NCBI RefSeq assembly: GCF_009914755.1
Contig: NC_060947.1
Length of the DNA stretch: 64,000 nucleotides
Source: the human T2T-CHM13v2.0 reference genome, Homo sapiens
Reading direction: 5' to 3' (one strand)
A program made the translations under genes and the position numbers. Positions 1 through 64,000 of the stretch are shown piece after piece (positions within the stretch are counted from its first letter, which is position 1; the number at the start of each line of letters is the position of its first letter). The notes under the pieces were generated by a model. The model did not search any database. It was given only the letters and a program-made list of their open reading frames with translations, and was not told where the DNA came from.

Positions 1-826
1 CATTTCCTAATTTTACAGAGCTCTAACTCACTTCTTCATTTGATCTGAGATGCTGAAGGTAAAAAAGCATCTGCTCTGGAACACGGATACACAGCTAGTT
101 AATGACTGAGCCCTAACTGGACATCAGTTTCACATCCTGACCCCTTTTCTATTCCTGTTTCTTCTTCTTAACCACTAGGGGCAGCCACTAGGGGTCAGTG
201 GGGCTGCGTCAAAAGAGGGATGCTCTTCTGATCCGATCCCAATGCTTCCAGAAACTCTATCCCCAAAATGGGGCTCAATGCTCCAGCTTAATGGGGCATG
301 TGAAGCTGAATGGGGCATGTTACTCTTTACTTTCTATTGCAGAAAATCCTGCTACAAATCCTTAACCAAAGACTTTTACCTGTTCCTCAAGGTCCAACGT
401 TTTAATATTAGTATATCCCAGAAATCTGGCCCACAAAGGGCAGACAGGCTACACTTAGCCTTCTCTTCCCATCTGAGAAGCTACACAGATTTTTTTAAGT
501 CCTTTTTTTCCAAATACAATTTTTATCTGATTGTAGAAGAATATAGAAAATGCTGCAAAGTAAGAAAGAAAAGAAAAAGTAAAAAAAAAAAACAAACAAA
601 ACTCATAATGCCAGCAGGCAGGTCACTCATGGGGAACCACAGTGAACATTTTCATTCCTGTCCTCCCTGTTTTTTTCTATGTATACACCTGTGGTCACAT
701 CATGTGTGACTTTCAGAGTCTTTTGCTGTTTTGGAGCACCCATCTCCCAGTTTCCCTCCATTGGAGCAATGATTTTAAGGCATCAATTCTCAACTTTGGT
801 TGCACATTAGAATCGCCAGCAGGGCT

Positions 827-1136
827 TTTATTTTTATTTTTATTTTTATTTTTTTTGAGACAGCGTGTTGCTCTGTTGCCCAGGCTGGAGTGCAGTGGCA
901 TGAACATAGCTCACTGCAGCCTTGAGTTCCTGGGCTCAAGTGATTCTCCCACCTCAGACTACAGGCACGTGCCACGATGCCCAGTTTTTTGTTTGTTTGT
1001 TTGTTTGTTTTTTTTTAATTTTTTAGTAGAAATGAGATCTCACCCAGGCTGATCTTGAACTCTTGAGCTCAAGCAGTTCTCCTACCTGGGCCTTCCAAAG
1101 TGCTGAGATTACAGGCGTGAGCTACCTTGCCTGGTC
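827..1136 (-). mobile_element. Alu (old, AluJ-like), inserted in a MER5-like remnant
   Basis: T-rich tail followed by GAGACAG...CCCAGGCTGGAGTGCAGTGG; dimeric and diverged. Confidence 0.9.
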
Positions 1137-1564
1137 CAGAAGGGCCTTAATGCCTAGGCTATATCCCAGGCCAATTAAATCAGAATCTCTGAGCCTGGTG
1201 ACTGGGAATCAGTATTTTTTTTTAACTTTTTATTGGAACTAATTTTAGGTTTACAGAAATACTATAAAAACAATACAAACAGCTCTGTATACCTCCCACG
1301 CAGCTTGGTCACCCAGTGTTAACATCTAACATCCAGAATTAGACCCAAATGTCTATCAAAATTTAGTATAAGACAAAGGTGACATCTCAGATCACTGGGG
1401 AAAAGATGAACTTTTTCGTATTTAACTACATAAAATTGTTTCAAAATTTCCATGACAAAAAACATGATAAAGTCAAAAGACAACTAAAATACTGGGAGAA
1501 AATATTTGCAACATATACCATAGATATGCATATAAAGAGCTAATATGCACAATATATGAAGTAC

Positions 1565-1857
1565 TTTTTTTTTTGAGACGGAGTCTTGCACTTTCACCCA
1601 GGCTGGAGAGCAGTGGCGCAACCTCGGCTCACTGCAAGCTCCGCCTCCCAGGTTCATGCCATTCTCCTGCCTCAGCCTCCTGAGTAGCTGGGACTACAGG
1701 CGCCCGCCACCATGCCCGGCTAATTTTTTTTTGTATTTTTAGTAGAGCTGGGGTTTCACCGTGTTAGCCGGGATGGTCTCGATCTCCTGACCTCGTGATC
1801 CGCCCACCTTGGCCTCCCAAAGTGCTGGGATTACAGGCGTAAGCCACCGTGCCCGGC
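1565..1857 (-). mobile_element. AluY-like
   Basis: GCAAGCTCCGCC, GTGTTAGCC, GATCTCCTGACCTCGTGATCC diagnostics; flanked by AAGTACT on both sides. Confidence 0.9.
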
Positions 1858-2312
1858 TAAAGTACTCTTAAATAATGGATCAGATATCAATTAGAAAAAA
1901 TACAGAAAAGACATGTACATGTAATTCACAAAAAGATACAAAACAGCCCCCAAATATATGAAAAAATGTTCAGACTCTGCCTTAGTAAGGAAATGTTGAT
2001 TAAAGTAACACTGAGCTACCATTTCTCACCTATCAGACCGTCAAACATGTTTTTAAAATGACAAAACATTTAGTTGGTGAGTCTTGGGAGTCAGTGTTTT
2101 TAATGCTCCCCAGGTGATTCTAATGTGCAGCTAAGATTTCAAACCACTGGTTTAAGGCAGTGGTCCAAGTGGAAACTTCATACTGCAGAAAACTGCATTT
2201 TCCCTAAAATTGAAAGCCTTCTTTACTCCCAAAATTCTAAAACTCCTTAGCTAGCATGGTGATTTTTTTTTTTTTTTTTTTAAGGAGAAGGGTCAGCATG
2301 TTTGTTACATAC

Positions 2313-51574
<49,262 letters not shown>

Positions 51575-51934
51575 CCTGGAATAAAGTAAGGAGAAGACAG
51601 ATCATCACAGCTGCCATAATCACAACACAGCAATACCTCAAAGGTCATTCCTCAACCAAGGCAACCTGTGATCCTGTGCACTTCAAATTGCTATGGTTCC
51701 AGAGAATCAGAAACGCCAGTTGGGCACTGGTGACAACAAGCAAAACCCATGTTTATTATGGGAGGGTTGCCCAGTAGGATGTTATACTTAGAAGCAAGGT
51801 AGTCCATGTGGATTTATGGAAAACATCAACACATGCAAAATAACAAGAGAAGGAATAAAAAACACAAAATGTTACATCATTATTACCATTACACAGAATC
51901 TTTTCAATAATTATCCTTCTCTATGTCATTTTTC

Positions 51935-52132
51935 CTTAAAAAAATTTTTTTTTAAAGAGATAGGGTCTCGCTATGTAGCCCAGGCTGGAGTGCAATGGCT
52001 GTTCACAGGTGCGATCATAGTATACTGTGGCTTCAAGCAATCCTCCTGCCTCAGGCAGCACCACTGTGCCCAGCTCCTATTCATGTTTTTTTTGTTTGTT
52101 TTTTGTTTTTTTTGAGACGGAGTTTCGCTCTT
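51935..52132 (-). mobile_element. Alu monomer plus a short Alu 3' fragment
   Basis: AGGGTCTCGCTATGTAGCCCAGGCTGG; TTTTGAGACGGAGTTTCGCTCTTGT, truncated. Confidence 0.75.
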
Positions 52133-52159
52133 GTATGTTTTATACTGTAAAAGGATAAG

Positions 52160-52939
52160 TGATATGGACAGGAGGCAGGGAAATATTGGGTAGAAGAGTG
52201 TGGCCCTAGACAAGGGCCACACCCTCAAGCCTGGACCCGCAGCCAAAAGTGAGAACATGCATTCTCATTTCCCTGCCCGAATGTTGCCTTTTCCAAAACC
52301 ACCCTGGCCTGCCCTGCCCCCAAATCCTGTACCCATAAAAATCCCAGGCCCCACTGGCAGAGTGGCAGAGGAGAGAAGAGAAGTAGCCGGACCTTGGAGA
52401 GGAGCAGCTTGACTTCAGAGGGATGGCTTGACAGTGCGACTTCGGAGGAGTTCAGCCGCAGATGGCCGAACTCCAGGGGAAGACCACCTTCCCACTCCAT
52501 CCCCTTTCCAGCCACCCATCCCACTGAGAGCCACTTTCATCAGCAATAAAATCCTCTGCATTCACCACCCTCCAATTTGTTCTTACAACTTCATTACTCC
52601 TGGATGCCAGACAAAGACCTTGGTGCAGGTGCAAGAGGCTGTCACACTGACCCTCCACTGAACTGTTTAACACTTACACTGTCCAAGGATGGCAATGCTA
52701 AAAGAATGCGCGGTAACACATGCCCTCTGGGGCTCGGGGGTCGCGGGCAACCTGTAGACGCTGCTGTGGGCCTGCACAGAGTCCTGCTCCTGCTGGTTGC
52801 CCAGAAGCACTCAACCTGGCCTCTGTACCCACTCACCTGCGTGCTCCCCCTCCCACGAGGGGTTGAGAGCTGTGGGCTGAGTAAGCGAGCCACTCCTTCA
52901 TGAATCCCACAGAGGGGTCAAGGGAACTATCCAGTTTCA
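52160..52939 (+). mobile_element. ERV1 solo LTR, MER50-like
   Basis: TGATATGGACAGGAGGCAGGGAAATA...AGGGAACTATCCAGTTTCA; TG..CA ends; AATAAA near 52545; flanks TAAG/TCAG. Confidence 0.72.
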
Positions 52940-53707
52940 TCAGTACATTGCATTTCCTTTTTGTTGCATATTATTTTATCATCATTGCTTGCATTTCAGT
53001 AGTTTATATCAGAATTGAATTTAAAAGCCTCATTTACCATTCATTCATTTATTCATTCAACAAATATTTATTGAGGGCCAATATGTACCAGATGAGATGT
53101 GAGGGCTGAATAGGAGTGAACTAGATGAAATGCACGTGCTGGAGGTGGGGCAGGGGCTAGGGGAGAGTTCAGCACACAGAAAGAATTGCAAATGCTAAGA
53201 CTGTGTCTGATCCTCTCATGTCTGGGAGTTGGCCAACATTACCCCAAGATGGGCAGTCAGCACTAGGAGCAGAGGCTGGCGTGGGGTGCTGAGAAAGGAA
53301 TCACTCATGGGCACAGGCACAAGCAAGGGGGTGGCGAGAGCCAACTGGGCAGGCTCCCTCTACACAGCCAGAGGGAAGTGGCTGGGACAAACCAGGCTGT
53401 GTGTCCTCAGCTAGCAGAGCTCTCGGCCAAGGGCACTCATGAATCCAGCCACCACTTGCAGCTTCTGCAAGCCCTAGAGTGAGTGTGAATACACAGTGGT
53501 GAAGACTAAAGAGCATGAGTTCAAAGGTCCCAACTTGGCCCCATAATATCTGAGTGACTGTGGACAAGTTATTTCCAATGGTCATGTTTCCCCATCTAGC
53601 AAACTGAGACAACAGCACCCACCTGATAGTGCTGTTGCGGTGAGTAAACAAGAAATCTTTGCACAGTGGCTGGCACTGTGAATGCACTGTAAATGTTAGC
53701 TGTGCTC

Positions 53708-53739
53708 TTCATTCATTCATTCATTCATTCATTCATTCA
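53708..53739. repeat. (TTCA)n simple repeat (L2 tail)
   Basis: Read directly; followed by ACAAATATCTATT. Confidence 0.85.
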
Positions 53740-54801
53740 ACAAATATCTATTTTGCACCTAGTATGTGCAGGATCAGGCAGTGCTGGGATTAAGGGGTGG
53801 AGGGCATGGAAAGAAAGGGGTTTTATAAGTCAGAGTTTCTGTCTCAAGGTAAAGCTGGCAATCTTTAAGAATTCTGTAATTGAATACTCATAACCAGCAC
53901 TAGGAGAGTGATTCTTTCCTTGACCTGACATGATGATGTTTTAGACCAGGAGGTGAATCTTTCTCCTTCAGAAGAGGGCTTGCATATCTTAAATTAATAA
54001 ATTGTATTATGTATTAATGCTAGAATATGTTAATCAATTATAAAAAGCCTCTAATTTCTCCCTCCTCTTTTAACCTCTCTCTGGGCATAATGGCATGTTA
54101 TTGATCTTCCCAAAGGAGTCACTCAAATGAGGATGTTAACACAGTTGTGCAAAGATGTATCGATGTCTCTCTGGAGGAAAGATCTAAGTGTCTGCTACAG
54201 CTACACAAAACAATCTCAGTGCAGCTCAGAAATATAATGTTTGCCAAGGAAACCAGAGACAAAAGAGTGCTTATTGTACATAATTCCATTCATGAGAAAC
54301 CGAAGCAGAAAAAACTAATTGATGTGGTGAGAAGTCAGGAGAAGGGTTATCCTTGAAAGGGAGGGAGTTATAACAATATTGGATGTGGGCACAAGGGAGG
54401 CTTCTGAGGTACCGAGAATATTCTGTGTGCCAATTACATGGGTGTGTTCAGTTCACGAAATTCACTGAGTTGTACACATATATGTATGCCATAAGTTTCA
54501 ATAAAAAGTTTAAAAATTAACATTTTTTAAAGTTTTTGAACTCTGTCCCCCCTCCAAAAGCACTGCTTTAAAAAAAAAAAATGAAGGCATTATTGAGTGA
54601 ACTTCAGTGCCACAGAAAATGCTCTCCTCTACAAATAGGCTTGACTGTACCTGAAACTGGTGGAGTTGACTTAGATTTAATTCACAAGTATTTAAGTGTA
54701 GCCTGGGGAGAGAGTATCAGAGTGGTTTATTTCTGGAAAGGAACTCAGAAATCACCTATCCTCGAACCCTCGTTCTACAGATGAAAGAGGTCCCATCATT
54801 G

Positions 54802-55022
54802 CAAGCTTGTCCAACCCTGGCCCCCGGGTCACATGTGGCCCAGGATGGTTTTGAATGTGGCCCAATACAAATTCGTAAACTTCCTTAAAACATTATGAGT
54901 TTTTTTGCAATTTTTTTTTTTTAACTCATCAGCTATCAATAGTGTTAGTGTATTTTATGTGCGGCCCATGACAATTCTTCTACCAATGTGGCCCAGAGAA
55001 GCCAAAAGATTGGACACCCCTG
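54802..55022. mobile_element. MER30-like MITE
   Basis: Highly similar to 32278-32478. Confidence 0.8.
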
Positions 55023-55703
55023 CAAGTCTAGGGGATGGGTCAAGGTCATTCAGCTATTTGGCAGAACCCTTACTCTTTCTACCAGAACACAATGCCAGCC
55101 TCCTGAGACTTTGTCTCCTTGTAAGTAAAATGTTTTGAGTCCATCAGGTGAAAGACATCAAGTTCAAAATGTTATTATACAATTTAAGAATGTCTAAAGA
55201 CTCATTCTTGAGCTTTGCTAACTCGTAGGGCAGGACCTAAGTGGTGTACAAGATATGATCAAAGGCAAATTCGTGTACTCAGTGACTCAGTGTACATACA
55301 CAGTGAGTGACTACTATGTGCTGTAACTGAGACCTCTGATCAAAATAAACTATGCCTTTTCACTACAGGCAGGATCTACTCAACTTCCAAATGCAGGTAG
55401 GAAAGGCCAGAATGAAAGATGACCCCAGCAATCATCTTGAAAAAAATATATAGATCAAGAACTTAATGCAGACTGCTTTCAGTTGTCAGATCTGGAATAC
55501 GTTTCCTCAAGGCTGAACATATGTTTTTGGAGAAGTTTTATGGTATTTGAAATAATGTAGCTCCTACTGCCTTCTGCATAAACCGAGAATGTCCTATTAG
55601 GTCATAAAGTCTCTAGGATCACTAATCAAAGGGCAATCTGTGAAGTTTGAAACCTTTAGTCATTGCACATCAAAGCCATTTTTCTCTTTTTCAGCTGGAA
55701 CAT

Positions 55704-55960
55704 TGATATAGTTTGGATACGTGTCCCCATCCAAATCTCATGTTGAATGTTGGAGGTGTGAGCTGGTGGGAGGTGTTGGATCATGGAGGATCCTTCATGA
55801 ATAGCTTGGGCCATCCCCTTGGTGATAAGTGAGCCCCAGAAGCAAATGCCACTATGCTTCTTGCACAGCGTGCAGAACCAGGAGCTAATTAAACCCCTTT
55901 TCTTATAAATGACCCAGTCTCAGGGATTTCTTTACAGCAATGCAAGAACAGCCTAACACA
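55704..55960 (+). mobile_element. MST-family MaLR solo LTR, internally deleted, with a 5-bp TSD
   Basis: TGATATAGTTTGGATA...CAAATCTCATGTTGAA...GCCTAACACA; AACAT on both sides. Confidence 0.82.
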
Positions 55961-56961
55961 AACATCTATTCATCTTCTGGTGCAATCTGGGTTAGCTCAA
56001 TGCTATCCAGGTCATCAACAAAGAGGATCTGAACAGCCACTGGTTCTTAGTAAATTTTTAAGGTGCTAAGGATGGCTAGGAAGATAGCAACAATTACAGA
56101 GAAAACTATTTGGTAGCATTTAAACAGTGAAACGTAGACCTTGACACTAGATTAAAGATGATCCCCAATTCATCTTTATCCAGGGCCCCCTTTTAGGTTG
56201 TGAACTCTGATGTAAATGGCAACCTCCCTCTAGAGTTGTACAGTGCACGAACTACATGACTATATGCCGTGGTGCTTCCACTCTAAAAACTCGTTCTAGA
56301 GCTCTTCAATTTCATTAAATAGTATCAGTATCATATTTTTGAAATATATATCATCAGTGCAACCTGTTATGCCAATAAATGATAAATCTGTCTTTAGATA
56401 TAGAATAATCAAAGAATAATATTAGAAAGGGAGAAATAGCTTGATACCACCATAGGGCAGGTCTGTGTGAGGGTTATTCTCTGTTATCTCTGGTTAACTG
56501 GCATACTTTGATTATACCATAGCCACTATGATATAGACAATGATCAATATTTCTGACCTGAGTTATAAGAGGTATGATAATTGTTCCCTAAGTCTTCTAG
56601 AAAACTCTATGCTTTTGAGACATTTATACGGAGTCATATATGTTGGCTTACAAGACCACCACAAGGGGAAATGTAAAAAGAGAAGGACTGCAGGGGTTCT
56701 CAGTGTGGATAAAGTGAGAACAAAAAGTGAAAAAGCAGTTGATTTGGATTGTTCAATTCTCAAAGAAGTCAGAAAAAGAATCAGGAAACTGGTAAGAAAA
56801 GCATAATTAAATTTCTATTTGAACACTGCTCAATGACTTCGATACAGGAAATATCTCAGGGAAAAAAAAAATGTCTTCAGTGTTCCGGGAATATGTTGGG
56901 TTAGGTTAGTTAGATCAAACCTTGGGCTGAAGACAATTAAAAATCATGAATAAAATGCTAA

Positions 56962-57671
<710 letters not shown>

Positions 57672-57779
57672 TGAAACTCAAGCAGGAACCCAGGTAAGTA
57701 ATGTAAGCAATGAAGCCCACTTATACCTGTGGGTATGGGCCTAATGAGGCAAACCTGAGTTTCAAATATGACATATGAA

Positions 57780-62040
<4,261 letters not shown>

Positions 62041-62644
62041 AAGTCCTTAGATTTTTGCCCATTATATAAATCAAATGAGACTGTTTTCAGATTTCTCCAA
62101 AATGCTCACAGAAATGTCTAGAAGCAATTTCAAATCTTGTAAATTGAGGTAGTTTGAATAAATATTGGACAAAAGGAACTATTCTGAACTTCAGCAACAA
62201 AATTTTTTGAAGATAAGGTCACCAAGAACTAAAGCCAGTATTACCGTAGTAAGAGAAACAACATCCCATATGCCAAAAACAACCATGTCCTAAAGATGAC
62301 AGAAACTAGGTTAACTGGTAAGTGCTGAATAGGAACTCTAAAACAGCAGCCTTGTATGTTGTTTGTCAGAGCACAAAGTAAAGCCAATGCTGAGCCATAT
62401 GGCATCATTGCAGTGTGAAACTTACACATCTCTAGAATCAAATGGAAGGAAATGATTTGGTCTTTACAGTGCAAAAATGATTTTCTTAATAAGCGGTAAG
62501 TGCTTTCTGATGCAGAAAAAGGAAGCTTTATTCAATAAAACAAGTGAATCAATATCAGACGTGCAAGATTAGAACTAAATTGTGCGCTTAATGTAAACAT
62601 ACACTCACCAAACCTGGTGAGGGGTGTTCTGCTTTTTGTCTGGT

Positions 62645-63028
<384 letters not shown>

Positions 63029-63390
63029 TGATTAGCCATGTGTGAATTATCCAACGCAAGGTGAAAGCCTACTTCATCTCTCTCCCCTCATTCTTCAGGG
63101 TCTGCCCCCAATGCTTGCAGTATGTTTAACACACAATAATGAGCAGAATAGCATAGGATTCGGGAGCATGCATGGTAGAGCCATCTGTCTGCCTTCACAT
63201 CTAAGCTCCACCACTTATAGTGTAAACTTGGGCTGTTCCTTAACCTCTCTGGAGTTTAAATTCTTCATCTGAAGACGTGGAAGTAATGCTAAGACCTATT
63301 TCACAGGGTTCTGTGGGGATTAAATGAGGTAATGTAATGAAAGTCTTAGTGTAGTCAAGAAGTGTTAGCTATGATTACAAGCATAATTAG

Positions 63391-63666
<276 letters not shown>

Positions 63667-64000
63667 TAATTGACATTCATTCATCTAGTTGACGAATGTT
63701 TATTGAAGTTCTATTACAAGCAAGATTCTATGCCAGGGACTTGAGATACCACAAAAAACAAGGCAGATATCTTTCCTGCCCTCGATAGCTTAATAGCCAC
63801 TACTCAGATTCATTGGTCATTGGCATGGCCAAATCAATAGTGATTTTTTTTAAAACAACAAACAAAAGATACTTTCTCTTCATGGTCCATCAGACTCGAC
63901 TTTGCCTAAAAACAAAAACAAGGAAGCAGAACACAATAGCCTCTCCTATATAGGCTTGATCTCCACCTCACCCCCACACCCACAGCAGGCACTCGACAAA

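Noticed and set aside
55030-56940. Stretch flanking the MST LTR that may be a fossil transposon or pseudogene
   Set aside because: No recognisable translation or termini; it cannot be classified without a Dfam or BLAST search
62603-62615. Strong minus-strand donor TTG|GTGAGT as the upstream 5'UTR exon
   Set aside because: The sequence immediately upstream is an Alu tail and TSD, with no convincing acceptor or promoter

Overview
Primate, almost certainly human, genomic DNA. It is Alu-rich and contains no prokaryotic features. The whole window lies inside ADGRG2 (GPR64/HE6, an X-linked adhesion GPCR) on the minus strand. I assembled 13 coding exons by hand, from the ATG exon (51457-51575) to exon 2313-2379. 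They give 710 coding nt, residues 1-236 (MVFSVRQC...EELEKLQ), with consistent splice phases. The upstream non-coding exon(s) and the downstream GAIN/7TM exons are outside the window. The rest is intron filled with about 35 Alu pieces, L1/L2/MIR remnants, MaLR/ERV1 solo LTRs and MER DNA-transposon MITEs. Nearly all other ORFs in the supplied track are repeat-derived noise. Points worth a second look are: six consecutive frame-symmetric mini-exons carrying N-glycan sequons; a GT/GC competing donor that toggles a sequon; an in-frame 81-nt candidate cassette exon that is absent from the protein as I recall it; a candidate 15-nt microexon or recursive splice site; a hairpin minisatellite bracketed by 22-bp inverted repeats; and a consensus steroid response element. 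I see no solid evidence for a wholly new biological system. Repeat family names come from recall, and repeat boundaries are approximate.
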